Source: an uncultured Candidatus Entotheonella sp.
GTDB lineage: Bacteria; Tectomicrobia; Entotheonellia; Entotheonellales; Entotheonellaceae
Direction of reading: 5' to 3'
Assembly: GCA_965217185.1 (NCBI GenBank)
Contig: OZ244252.1
Location: 1,152,001-1,216,000 of the forward strand
Length of the DNA: 64,000 nucleotides
Under the pieces are notes generated by a model. The model saw nothing but the letters and a program-made list of their open reading frames with translations. It was not told where the DNA came from and did not search any database. Below, piece by piece: positions 19,510 through 29,585 of this stretch. Made by a program: the position numbers and the translations under genes. Numbering within the stretch: the first letter of the stretch is position 1; every line of letters starts with the position of its first letter.

Positions 19510-19868
19510 TGACAACTGGAGTGCAGAGTTCTGGAAACGGTTCACCGCCGATATGTTCGTCAACGCTTCTTGTAACCGATTGCGGCCTGCCATGAGAGAG
19601 AATTACCAGTTGAGATGTATCCGGGTGATTTCCAATGCGATCAGGTTCAGTCCACTGTATCGTCTCATGCTTGTCGTCTTTGATCACCCGCAGGTCGGTA
19701 CTTGTCTTGCATATAGCCACGCGTTCGAACCTTCGGTCCTTATGCCTGGTCCGCAGCGATATGGCAATCCAAACTCTCGGCGACGATTTGCGTAGTATGC
19801 CATAGCGTACCCTGAGTGTTTTGCCCGCGTATCAAGCAATCACAGTACCTCTTCGATAAATTTCTGAG

Positions 19869-21340
19869 CTCGACTTTGTACAAAATGAGGAAGTATCCAG
19901 GGACATCACCCCTGTGTTGTAGGATGGCAGTTTCCACCCAAACCATCTTGCAGCGAGGTCAGCGATGTCCCCTTCAGCAAACAGTAGCACCGTGCTGGCG
20001 CCCTTTCAAAGTCTCTTCAGCGCACCCACTTGGCGCAAAGTCCAACGCCTTTTCATCGGAACTTTGCTGGCCCACGGACGACGCACCGTGACGGCAGCCC
20101 TGAGACACACCGGACAGGACGACACGCCGTCCTTCAGTCTCTACCATCAGGTGTTCAACCGTGCCCGCTGGTCCGCTCTCAAAGGCAGTCGCTGTCTGCT
20201 GTCCTTGCTGGTGCAGACCTTCGACGCTGCTGGCGGCAGCCTCACGTTCGTCATTGATGAAACTCTGGAGAGGCGCTGGGGCCGACGTATCAGCAAGCGC
20301 GGTCATTACCGCGACCCGCTGGCTTCCAGCCGCAAGCGCACCGTCAGCACCAGTGGCCTTCGCTGGATCGTGCTGACCCTGGTTGTCACGCCACCCTGGA
20401 ACAACCGTTGTTGGGCTTTACCTATCTTGAGCGTGCCGGCGCCAACGCCACAAGTCAGTGAGCGCCTGGGACTGAGACACAAGACCGTCGCCCAGTGGGC
20501 ACGCCAGATGATTCGGGTGGTGCGCCGTTGGTTGCCGCAAGTCGCCATCACCGTGCTTGGGGATCAATCCTACAGTGTCGTCGAGCTCGGGCATGCCTGT
20601 CGGCAGTGTGAGGTGCGCCTGATTGCCCCCTTGCGCCTCGATGCGGTGCTTCACGAAGCGCCACCGCCTCGCCAGCCGGGCACGCGGGGACGACCCCGTC
20701 ACAAGGGCAAGCGGCTGCCCAGTTTGGTCGAGCGCCTGCACGACGCGGCGACTCCTTGGCAATGCCTGCGTGTACGCTGGTACGATGGCCGCGTGCGACG
20801 GTTGCAGGTCAGTAGCGGCACGGCACTATGGTACCGCAGCGGCCAGCCAGTGCTGCCGCTGCGGTGGGTCCTGGTACGTCCCTGTGACGCTCAGTGCCCA
20901 CCACGGGCCTTCTTCTCGACGTGTCCCAGTGACCAGGCAGGCGATGTCGTGGCGTGTTTCATCAAGCGCTGGAGCATTGAGACGACCTTCGAAGAGAGCC
21001 GTGCCCACTTGGGCTTTGAGACCCAGCGTCAGTGGTCTGACTTGGCGATTGAACGGACCACGCCGTGTCTGCTGAGCTTGTATTCGCTGGTGGTGCTGCT
21101 GGCTCATGGCCTGTATCTGGACGGTCGCTTGGCGGTGCGACAGAGTGCTTGGTATGCCAAGGAGCAGGCGACGTTTAGCGACGCTTTGGCAGCGGTACGG
21201 CAGCACCTGTGGAAGGTCGAGTATTTTTCAACATCAACGCCCGATACCGAGTGGGTAGAAATCCCTCGGGTCTATCTGCAGGGCTTGATGCAATCGGCCT
21301 GTTACACGCACTGACTTGACCAAATTCGTACAAAGTCGAG
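19869..21340 (+). mobile_element. IS701-family insertion sequence
   Basis: 13-bp terminal IR CTCGACTTTGTAC/GTACAAAGTCGAG; 5-bp direct repeat CTGAG at 19864-19868 and 21341-21345. Confidence 0.88.
19965..21314 (+). CDS. DDE transposase (IS701-like, DDE_5)
   Basis: VIDET, LGDQSY, RWSIETTFEE..HLG. Confidence 0.88.
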   Translation: MSPSANSSTVLAPFQSLFSAPTWRKVQRLFIGTLLAHGRRTVTAALRHTGQDDTPSFSLYHQVFNRARWSALKGSRCLLSLLVQTFDAAGGSLTFVIDETLERRWGRRISKRGHYRDPLASSRKRTVSTSGLRWIVLTLVVTPPWNNRCWALPILSVPAPTPQVSERLGLRHKTVAQWARQMIRVVRRWLPQVAITVLGDQSYSVVELGHACRQCEVRLIAPLRLDAVLHEAPPPRQPGTRGRPRHKGKRLPSLVERLHDAATPWQCLRVRWYDGRVRRLQVSSGTALWYRSGQPVLPLRWVLVRPCDAQCPPRAFFSTCPSDQAGDVVACFIKRWSIETTFEESRAHLGFETQRQWSDLAIERTTPCLLSLYSLVVLLAHGLYLDGRLAVRQSAWYAKEQATFSDALAAVRQHLWKVEYFSTSTPDTEWVEIPRVYLQGLMQSACYTH

Positions 21341-21416
21341 CTGAGAGTCTGTTCCATAAATCGACGACACCTCAAAAACAGGACTGGCACTCAGGGGATA
21401 CGCTTTGCTGACCGCA

Positions 21417-21740
21417 ATGCTCATTGGTGCTCTGTGCGCTCAGACGCTAGCAGCGGATTTTTAGGCCGGGGTGGAGGCGCTTGAGCGGGGCGACTACGCG
21501 GTAGCCCTGCGCGAGTTTCGTCCCCTGGCCGAGCAGGGCATGGCCGTGCCACCGGACCCTGCCGAAGCCATGAAGTGGCTTCTCTTGGCCGGCGAACAGG
21601 GAGATGCCTCGGCGCAACGTGCCCTGGATGTCATGTACGGCTTCGGCATAGGCGTACCGGAAGACGATGCCGAGGCGGTGAAGTGGTACCGCAAGGGCGC
21701 CGAGCAAGGCGACCCCATGGCGCAGTACTTCCTGGAGGGT
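21417..21740 (+). pseudogene. Sel1-repeat protein remnant
   Basis: Signal-like leader, ADF*AG in-frame stop, GDYAVALREFRPLAEQG, EAVKWYRKGAEQG; repeats internally deleted. Confidence 0.7.
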
Positions 21741-21877
21741 CCAGGACTCAACGAGTTCACGCCCGCTCCAGTATTGCTTCATCCGTCTCCGCCTCTGAAA
21801 AGGGGTTCAGAATCGAGTTGGATGAACTATACCGGAGCCGAATTTGGCACTCTGTGACAGCTATGTTGTTACTGGGC

Positions 21878-22624
21878 GTGCGACCTGAAGTCGCATTTGT
21901 TGAGTGATTCCCACAAGGAATCCTAGCCAGTGTGTAGGCTAGTCGCCAGTCTCGCGTGCGTCACTGGTAACGGTGGGGTGCGAAGCCGAGACGAAAAGCC
22001 TAATGGGAAAGGCAGCCACAGCCTGACTCAGGGCAAGGCGAAGATCGGTAAGGTGAATGTCTATGAACCTTCGCGGGATGCGTCGTAAACAACAGCCACC
22101 GAAAAGATGGATGAAACGGTGGTGCAGGGCCGCAAGTGACAAGGGAAACGCCCAGGTTCCCTTCGCGCACACCACAGGCTCCGGCGTAGAGAAGGCACCT
22201 AACCCGATCGTTTCTCAGGGATGCGGAACAGGGTAACCCCGTTGAGGTCTGACCTTCGGGTCAGTTACCCGACCGCGAGGAAGGGCCAACCCCTCAGCGG
22301 GAACAGGAGGTTGCAAGAAGCGAACGCCAGCCGCCGAAAGGCAAAGCGAAAACATAAGCTGCTGGATAGGGCTTATGCCCAACCCGAAAGGGCGCTGACG
22401 TGCAACTGGTGAACCGGCCATAGAGGGTAGCGAAGATGACTTATCCTGGCGGATGTTAGATGCAGCCAGCAAGGCTGCAAACAGAGCCAGGACGCCGGCC
22501 ATAAGTGGGCGCGCCATCTGAGGCAGCCAATCTGTGACTGGTTTGCTTGAGCTGTGTGAAGGGAAACTTTCATGCACAGTTCTGAGGGGAGGGGGTTGCC
22601 AGCAATGGCACCTCCTTACCCGAC
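21878..22624 (+). ncRNA. Group II intron, ORF-less (747 nt)
   Basis: 5' GTGCG; domain V GAGCTGTGTGAAGGGAAACTTTCATGCACAGTTC; domain VI ending CCCGAC; EBS1 GCCCAG (22150-22155) pairs IBS1 CTGGGC (21872-21877); EBS2 AACAACA (22088-22094) pairs TGTTGTT (21864-21870). Confidence 0.92.
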
Positions 22625-22706
22625 CGGATTCGGCGACCGCTTTGGCGCCCGATGGTCACTGTAGTAGGCAGATGGATCATGATCAGGAAGGCGCTCCCCA
22701 CGTTCA

Positions 22707-23783
22707 ATGAAAGGCCTTTCGCCCATGTCAGGTGATGCACCCTTTCGACTGTTGCCGGGGCGTGTCGTTCTCGCCGTACTTCTGGCTGTCGTGCTCTCAG
22801 GACCGTCAGTGTCAGCGGTGTCAGGTGAAACCGAATGGGGCACGGTTGCCACGCCGTTGCGCATGGTGAACCTCAACCCGTTTCAGCTTGTTCACGGCGT
22901 CCCCGGATCCTTCGGGACCCGCGTTACAACGCCGCAGGAAACGGAAGCGATCCTGTCGCTCGATATCGCCTCGCACTTGCTTGCAGCCAAGGCAGGTGTA
23001 GAGCGGGTCCTGCTCGACGGCGAGACATACAGGCTGGGGCTTTCCATACGGAAGGGCTTTGCGGAACGTTGGGAGTACTTCGTCGACGTCTCCTCCGTTG
23101 CGCACCGCTCCGGTCTATTCGATGGGTTCATCGAGAACTGGCACAACGTCTTTGGCCTACCTCAGGGCAACCGGGACCGGGCGCCACGGGACCGCCTCGT
23201 ACTGTTTTACGCCGATGAGGCCTCGACCCATATCGACATCCGCCAAAATACGGCGTCTCTTGGTGACACCAGCATCGGGATTGGCTATGCCCTGCCAGCG
23301 GCGACGCTGGCTAATGACGGTCTTGCGTTCCGGGCAAGCCTCAAGCTTCCCACCGGTAATGACAACTCCCTTGCAGGTTCTGGCAGCTTCTCAGGGTCTC
23401 TCTGGGCTGAAACGTCGGGCGTCCTCCCCGGAGCGGACGAGGCGCGCGCCTGGCTCTACGCGGCGACGCTGGGTGTATTGGCCGCGCAGACTCCCCAAGG
23501 TCTTCCGGAGCTTGGCAACCGGGTGATGACCTTCGCAAGATTCGGTATCACTTGGCGGCCCTTCGATCGGCTCACACTGACAACGCAGATTGATGTCCAC
23601 ACCTCGCCCTACAGTGACGCGACGGTCGCACCGTTGGCCGACACGGCTGTCATTCTCGGCATGGGCGGTGCATTGAGAATCTCGGAACATGCGACACTCG
23701 AGATTGCAGTGACGGAAGATGACGGCTCGCGGAGGGCAGCGCCAGATGTGGGCTTTCATGCAGCGCTGCGCTGGAACCTTTAG
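22707..23783 (+). CDS. Putative outer-membrane beta-barrel (DUF3187-like)
   Basis: Signal peptide, LDGET, DGFIENWHNVFGLPQG.R, LKLPTG. Confidence 0.7.
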   Translation: MKGLSPMSGDAPFRLLPGRVVLAVLLAVVLSGPSVSAVSGETEWGTVATPLRMVNLNPFQLVHGVPGSFGTRVTTPQETEAILSLDIASHLLAAKAGVERVLLDGETYRLGLSIRKGFAERWEYFVDVSSVAHRSGLFDGFIENWHNVFGLPQGNRDRAPRDRLVLFYADEASTHIDIRQNTASLGDTSIGIGYALPAATLANDGLAFRASLKLPTGNDNSLAGSGSFSGSLWAETSGVLPGADEARAWLYAATLGVLAAQTPQGLPELGNRVMTFARFGITWRPFDRLTLTTQIDVHTSPYSDATVAPLADTAVILGMGGALRISEHATLEIAVTEDDGSRRAAPDVGFHAALRWNL

Positions 23784-24001
23784 AGCCGGTAACTCCCTGA
23801 CGTGATGTAAGCGGAAAAGGAGGGGGTTTTTGCGTCCGAAGGCGACATGAAACTGATGAGATAACCACTGTGCCTGTATAGCTCCGTGAGTTTCCTCGTG
23901 GGCCACACCGTTACTGCTATACCCATGGCCTGCCTCCGCTATCCATCCCTCCGGTCTGAAAAATGCAGGCACCTACGCGCAAAGGCTGATTGGCGTCTCC
24001 C

Positions 24002-25324
24002 TTAGTTGAACACGTAGCGCGGCAGCCACGTCGACAGTTCCGGGAAGAAGGCGACGAGCATCAGCCCGATAATCTGGATGATGACGAACGGAATGATGCC
24101 GCGGTAAATCTGTCCGGTGGTGACCTGCCCCGGCGCCACGCCCCGGAAATAAAACAGGGCAAACCCGAAGGGCGGCGTGAGGAAGGACGTTTGCAGGTTG
24201 ATGCCCAGCAGGACGCCGTACCACAGCGGGTCGAAGCCCATGGCGCTCAGGATGGGGGCGATGACCGGCAGGTGGATGAAGGCGATTTCGATGTAGTCCA
24301 GGAAGAATCCCAGCAGGAACACCACCCCCATGATGCAGGCGAAGATGGCCCAGTTGGGCAGGTCGAGCTGATTGACCATGTCGTGGATCAGGATGTCGCC
24401 GCCCAGGCCGCGAAACGCCAAGCCGAAGGCGGTGGCGCCGACCAGGATGATGAACACCATGCTGGTCAGGCGGGTGGTCGTTTCCATCACCTCGCGCAGC
24501 ATTTTCATGTTGAACCTGCCGCTGAAGATGCTGAGCAGGAGAGCGCCGGAAGCGCCCATGGCGGCCGCCTCGGTGGGCGCCGCGATGCCGAAGAAGATGG
24601 AGCCGAGCACGGCGAGCATCAGGAACAGGGGCGGGATGAGCACCTTGCCGATTCGTTTCAAGAGTTCGGGGGTAGAAATCGCCGTGCGCTCCTCGCGCGG
24701 AATCGGCGGTGCCGTCTGCGGGCGGAAGATCGAGACGCCGAGGAGGTACAGGACGTACAGGGCGGCCAGGCTGATGCCCGGAATGAGCGCGCCGAGGAAA
24801 AGATCGCCGACCGGCACGCCGAGGATATCCCCCACCAGCACGAGCACGATGCTCGGCGGGATGATCTGGCCCAGGGTGCCGGAGGCGCAGATGACGCCGG
24901 ATGCCAGCCCGTGGTCGTAGTTGCGCCGCAGCATGGTGGGCAGGGCGATCAGACCCATGGTGGTGACGGTGGCGCCGACGATGCCGGTGGACGCCGCCAG
25001 CAGCGTGCCCACGATGACGACCGAGATTGCCAGCCCGCCCGGCAGCCGCCCCAGCACCAGCCCCATCGTTTCCAGCAGGTCCTCCGCCAGCCGGGAGCGC
25101 TCCAGCGTGGCGCCCATGAAGACGAACAGCGTGACCGCGATGAGGGTGAAGTTGGTCATGATGCCCCAGATGCGCAGGGGCAGCAGGTTGAAGAAGTCCA
25201 GCCCGAAGCCGTACAGCCCGAAGGCCAAGGCCGTGCCGCAGATGGTGAAGGCGATCGGGTAGCCCGCCAGAATCAGCAGGCTGAAGACCAGGAACATCAG
25301 TGCCGGAAGCAGATCGGTCATCAT
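24002..25324 (-). CDS. dctM: TRAP transporter large permease
   Basis: GTLGQIIPPS, PTEAAAMG, NLQTSFLTPPFGFALFY. Confidence 0.92.
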   Translation of the reverse strand: MMTDLLPALMFLVFSLLILAGYPIAFTICGTALAFGLYGFGLDFFNLLPLRIWGIMTNFTLIAVTLFVFMGATLERSRLAEDLLETMGLVLGRLPGGLAISVVIVGTLLAASTGIVGATVTTMGLIALPTMLRRNYDHGLASGVICASGTLGQIIPPSIVLVLVGDILGVPVGDLFLGALIPGISLAALYVLYLLGVSIFRPQTAPPIPREERTAISTPELLKRIGKVLIPPLFLMLAVLGSIFFGIAAPTEAAAMGASGALLLSIFSGRFNMKMLREVMETTTRLTSMVFIILVGATAFGLAFRGLGGDILIHDMVNQLDLPNWAIFACIMGVVFLLGFFLDYIEIAFIHLPVIAPILSAMGFDPLWYGVLLGINLQTSFLTPPFGFALFYFRGVAPGQVTTGQIYRGIIPFVIIQIIGLMLVAFFPELSTWLPRYVFN

Positions 25325-25839
25325 TGCGGCAGCTCCTTTCCCAGCACTACGAACAGGTTCTTGATTGTTGCCGAAACGCCTTGCAACGCCACCAGCACGA
25401 AGCCGATTGGGATGACCGATTTCAGGATGTAACGTGCCGGAATGCCGCCGGGGTCGGGCGAGCCCTCCAGGACCGTCCAGGCGTTGATCACGAAGGGGAT
25501 GGACGTCCAGATCAGCAGGAAGCAGGTGGGAAAGAGGAACAGGACGCCGAAGATGAGCTCGATCCAGGCCTGCGCGTGGGGCGACAGGTTGGCGTGCACG
25601 ATATCGACCCGCACGTGGTCGCCCTTGAGGTGCGTGTAACCGGCGGCAATCAGGAACAGGACGGCGAACAGGTGCCACTCCAATTCCTGGATGAAGACGT
25701 AGGTGATGTCGAACAGGTATCGCATGACCACGTCATAGGTGGTCACCAGGACCAGGGTGAGGGTGAGCCAGGCAATGTTCTGCCCTACCTTTTCGTTCAG
25801 GCGGTCAATACCCCGCACAACGGCGGAAAGAAAATTCAT
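25321..25839 (-). CDS. dctQ: TRAP transporter small permease
   Basis: VVMRYLF, QELEWHLF, HVRVD, SPDPGG. Confidence 0.92.
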   Translation of the reverse strand: MNFLSAVVRGIDRLNEKVGQNIAWLTLTLVLVTTYDVVMRYLFDITYVFIQELEWHLFAVLFLIAAGYTHLKGDHVRVDIVHANLSPHAQAWIELIFGVLFLFPTCFLLIWTSIPFVINAWTVLEGSPDPGGIPARYILKSVIPIGFVLVALQGVSATIKNLFVVLGKELPQ

Positions 25840-26029
25840 GCCGTCTCCCCTTCCCTATCGGGTTCACGGTCCGTTCAGGCGGCGATCTTGCGGGTCGCGG
25901 AAAGCTGGGCATTATACGCGAAAGCGCCGCCGAAGGCGCATTGACTGCCCCATGGGGCTGCGCTACCCTGCCCGCCTGCCGCCTATCCCTCGCTTCGGGC
26001 GGCGCCTGAGTTCTCAAGGAGCTCCTCCC

Positions 26030-29000
26030 GTGGCTTTCTACGCCGACCTGCACGTCCACTCCAAATACTCCCGTGCCACCAGCCCCAACTGTGACCTGGA
26101 ACACTTGGCGTTGTGGGCTCGCAAGAAAGGCATCACTGTCGTCGGGACGGGAGACTTCACCCATCCGGCCTGGCTGGCTGAGCTGCAGGACAAACTGGTG
26201 CCCGCTGAGCCGGGACTGTTCCGCTTGCGGCCGGACCTGGAGCGGGCCATCACCGCCCGACTGCCGCGTGCCTGTCACGGCCCCACGCGCTTCATGCTGT
26301 CGGTTGAGATATCCACGATTTACAAGAAGGACGAGGCGACCCGCAAAATCCACCATCTCATCTACGCGCCGGACTTTGCGACCGTTGAAGAGGTCAACCA
26401 CCGCCTCGGCAAGATTGGTAATCTGAATTCCGACGGACGGCCCATTTTGGGCCTGGATTCCCGCCATCTCCTGGAAATCACCCTCGAATCGAGGCCGGGA
26501 GCGTATCTCGTGCCCGCCCACATCTGGACGCCCTGGTTCGCCGCCTTGGGCTCGAAATCCGGCTTTGACTCGATTGACCTGTGCTATGCCGATCTGGCGC
26601 CACACATTTTTGCCGTAGAGACCGGTCTGTCGTCGGACCCGCCGATGAATTGGCGGGTGTCGTCTTTGGACCGCTTCCGCTTGGTTTCCAACTCGGATGC
26701 CCACTCGCCTGAAAAGCTCGGCAGAGAAGCCTGCATGTTCACTGGCGACCTGGATTACTTTGCCATCCGCCGGGCGCTGGAAACCGGCGAAGGGTATGCG
26801 GGAACCGTGGAGTTTTTCCCGGAGGAAGGCAAGTACCACCTGGACGGGCATCGCGCCTGCCAGATGCGGTTGGAACCCCACGAGACCCGCGCCGCCGGCG
26901 GCACCTGCTCCGTGTGCGGCAAGGCGCTCACGGTTGGCGTGATGCACCGCGTGGAAGCCTTGGCCGACCGCATGGACGATGCGCCGCCTGACACGGCGGG
27001 CGGTGTACAGAGCCTCGTGCCGCTGCCCGAAGTGCTGTCGGAACTCCATCAGGTCGGCAGCAAGAGCAAACGCGTGGGCTACCACTATGAACAGTTGCTG
27101 GGGCAGCTTGGCCCCGAGTTGCCGCTGCTCACCGACGTGCCGCTGGACGACATACGCCGCGTGACGTCCTCCTTGTTTGCGGAGGCCATCACGCGCCTGC
27201 GCGAACGTCGTGTTATCCGCGAGGCCGGCTACGATGGCGCCTACGGGACGATTCGGCTTTTTCAACCGGACGAGCTGCGCCGCCATACATTCGGGAAGTC
27301 CTTGTTTGGGGACACCGTGCTGCTTCCTCTACCGCCACCTGACAATCCTTCCCCAGCAGCTCCGGTGTCGCACGAGCCGGCACCTGGACCCACTCCAATG
27401 ATGCGTGAAGCTCCTGCTGTCTACCAGCAAGGAAACGGGGTGGCCCCGGAGTTGGATGCGGACCAGCGACGGGCCGTCGAGGCCGGGACAGGTCCCATCC
27501 TCGTCGTAGCCGGGCCGGGCTCCGGCAAAACCCGGACATTGACCCATCGCATTGCGCATCTGATCCGCCACTACGATGTGCCCGCGGCTCACTGCCTGGC
27601 CATTACGTTTACCCGGCGCGCGGCAGACGAGATGCGATCTCGCCTGCAAATCCTGCTCCCCGATGTTTGGAAACATGTCCCGATCTTCACCTTTCACGCC
27701 TTGGGTCTTTCCATCCTCCGGGAACACTGGAATGCGGCCGGTTTGCAGCGTGGCTTCCGTATCGCGACGCCGGCGCAATGCCTTGAAATCGTGCGGAACG
27801 AGGCGGAGGTTTCCGAGTTGCAAGCTCGCCGCCTGCTGTCGGCGGTCTCGCTTGCCAAGCGAACGCAGACGACGCCAAAGTCGGCCAAGGCGGCGCATAG
27901 CTACGAGACCTATCAACGTGAACTGACGTTGCGCAACCTGGTGGACTACGACGATCTGGTGGGGTTGGCGGCTGACGTGTTGGCGTCGCAGCCGGACCTG
28001 CAGGCGTCTTTCCGTGAGCGCTATCCCTGGGTATTCATTGATGAGTATCAGGACGTTGACGAGCAACAGGTGCGTCTGGTCAAGCGACTCGTGCCGGCGG
28101 ACGGAAACGTATGTGCGATTGGGGATGGGAATCAGTCGATTTATGGCTTCCGGGGTGCTGACGTCCGCTTTTTCGACCGATTTCAGGATGACTTTCCGGG
28201 CGTAGAGGTAATCCGGCTGCGGCAGAATTATCGCTCCCAACCCCACATCGTCAGGTTGTCTACGCAGCTCATGGCGCGGTCGGCGTTTCGACCCGAGTTT
28301 GCGTCAGCCCATCGCAACAATGGCCATCGGATTATGTTGCACGAAGCAGCCAGCGAGGCGGCGGAGGCGGAGTTTGTGGTTCGTACCGTCGAGCAACTGC
28401 TGGGCGGCCATTCGTTTTTCTCGATCGATAGCGGTCGGGCTGCGGAAGCCGCGGTGGACAATTTGTCCTTTCCGGACATCGCGGTGCTGTATCGCACGGA
28501 GGCTCAGGCGCCGGCACTCGTCGAGGCGTTGCAGCGATCCGGCATGCCGTTCCAGCACCGTTCCCATCGTCTCCTTATCGATCACCCGGGGGTTGCCGCC
28601 GTCGTCGAGACCCTGATGCAGCGCGAGGGTTCGGGATCGCTTGACGAACAGCTTAATGCCGCCGTCGCGTCGCGCGTGCGCAATGGCAACGCGGAGGCTG
28701 GCGCGGCGACTGCGGATTGCCTCAAAGCGTTGGATTATCTGCAGCCGTTGGCGGCGGCGTGCGGCAATGATGTCGAGCGGTTTGTCGCGGAGTTGGCCTT
28801 GGGGATTCAAGTGGATACCTGGGATCCGCGGGCCGACCGAATTTCCTTGCTGACGCTGCACGCCGCCAAAGGCCTGGAATTTCCGGTTGTCTTCATTGTG
28901 GGATGCGAAGACGGCCTGTTGCCGCTCACCTGGGGTGAGCGCAGCCAGGCGGAACTCGATGAAGAACGACGACTGTTTTATGTGGGAATGACGCGGGCCA

Positions 29001-29173
29001 TGAACCGGCTGTACTTGTGCCATGCCCGCCAACGGCTGTGGCGCGGGCGCGTACAGGCGCTGGCGCCCTCGCCGTTCCTCGCCAATCTGGAAGAGGCCTT
29101 GCTGGACCGGCAAAGCTTCCAGTTTCAGGGAGTGCGGACGAAAGCGCCAGAGGCACAGCTCAAGCTCTTCTGA
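26030..29173 (+). CDS. Endonuclease Q (PHP-like) / UvrD-Rep helicase fusion
   Basis: DLHVHSKYSRAT, HIWTPW, SNSDAHS, GYDG.YG; then AGPGSGKT, IDEYQD, QSIYGFRGA, LHAAKGLEF, EERRLFYVGMTRA. Confidence 0.88.
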   Translation: MAFYADLHVHSKYSRATSPNCDLEHLALWARKKGITVVGTGDFTHPAWLAELQDKLVPAEPGLFRLRPDLERAITARLPRACHGPTRFMLSVEISTIYKKDEATRKIHHLIYAPDFATVEEVNHRLGKIGNLNSDGRPILGLDSRHLLEITLESRPGAYLVPAHIWTPWFAALGSKSGFDSIDLCYADLAPHIFAVETGLSSDPPMNWRVSSLDRFRLVSNSDAHSPEKLGREACMFTGDLDYFAIRRALETGEGYAGTVEFFPEEGKYHLDGHRACQMRLEPHETRAAGGTCSVCGKALTVGVMHRVEALADRMDDAPPDTAGGVQSLVPLPEVLSELHQVGSKSKRVGYHYEQLLGQLGPELPLLTDVPLDDIRRVTSSLFAEAITRLRERRVIREAGYDGAYGTIRLFQPDELRRHTFGKSLFGDTVLLPLPPPDNPSPAAPVSHEPAPGPTPMMREAPAVYQQGNGVAPELDADQRRAVEAGTGPILVVAGPGSGKTRTLTHRIAHLIRHYDVPAAHCLAITFTRRAADEMRSRLQILLPDVWKHVPIFTFHALGLSILREHWNAAGLQRGFRIATPAQCLEIVRNEAEVSELQARRLLSAVSLAKRTQTTPKSAKAAHSYETYQRELTLRNLVDYDDLVGLAADVLASQPDLQASFRERYPWVFIDEYQDVDEQQVRLVKRLVPADGNVCAIGDGNQSIYGFRGADVRFFDRFQDDFPGVEVIRLRQNYRSQPHIVRLSTQLMARSAFRPEFASAHRNNGHRIMLHEAASEAAEAEFVVRTVEQLLGGHSFFSIDSGRAAEAAVDNLSFPDIAVLYRTEAQAPALVEALQRSGMPFQHRSHRLLIDHPGVAAVVETLMQREGSGSLDEQLNAAVASRVRNGNAEAGAATADCLKALDYLQPLAAACGNDVERFVAELALGIQVDTWDPRADRISLLTLHAAKGLEFPVVFIVGCEDGLLPLTWGERSQAELDEERRLFYVGMTRAMNRLYLCHARQRLWRGRVQALAPSPFLANLEEALLDRQSFQFQGVRTKAPEAQLKLF

Positions 29174-29211
29174 CGGCGCCTTGCAACCCTTTTACGTGTG
29201 GAGTAGTCATC

Positions 29212-29550
29212 ATGCCCCATACCAATACGGAGAAATGGTTAGTCGCATTTCTGATTCTTGTCCTACTCTCGGCTACGACGGTTGCAACGGCTCAGGAAGC
29301 CGTCAGGCCCTACGAGACTGAGGGGGCAGACGAGACGATAGATGAACCGAATGCAGCCGGCATGATACTGGTGGATGCCTTCCTGCTGCGGCCCCTTGGT
29401 CTTGCCGCTACCGTTTTGGGTACGGCTACGTTCATTGTCACGCTTCCCTTCAGCCTGCCGACACGCAGCGCCGGCAAGGCAGCCAAAGTCCTGGTCGTCA
29501 AGCCGGCCAAATTTACCTTCGCGCGGCCCTTGGGCGAGGTCGACCCCTAG
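29212..29550 (+). CDS. Small conserved membrane/exported protein
   Basis: Signal peptide; DAFLLRPLGLAATVLG...LPF...FTFARPLG. Confidence 0.7.
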   Translation: MPHTNTEKWLVAFLILVLLSATTVATAQEAVRPYETEGADETIDEPNAAGMILVDAFLLRPLGLAATVLGTATFIVTLPFSLPTRSAGKAAKVLVVKPAKFTFARPLGEVDP

Positions 29551-29585
29551 GCCGCCATACGCATTCCCTATGAGAGGATGAACCC

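Noticed and set aside
21939..22577. Short ORFs inside the intron
   Set aside because: No RT or maturase motifs (no YADD); they overlap structured RNA.
25325..25678. N-terminal extension of DctM
   Set aside because: It overlaps dctQ in another frame; the real start is at 25324.
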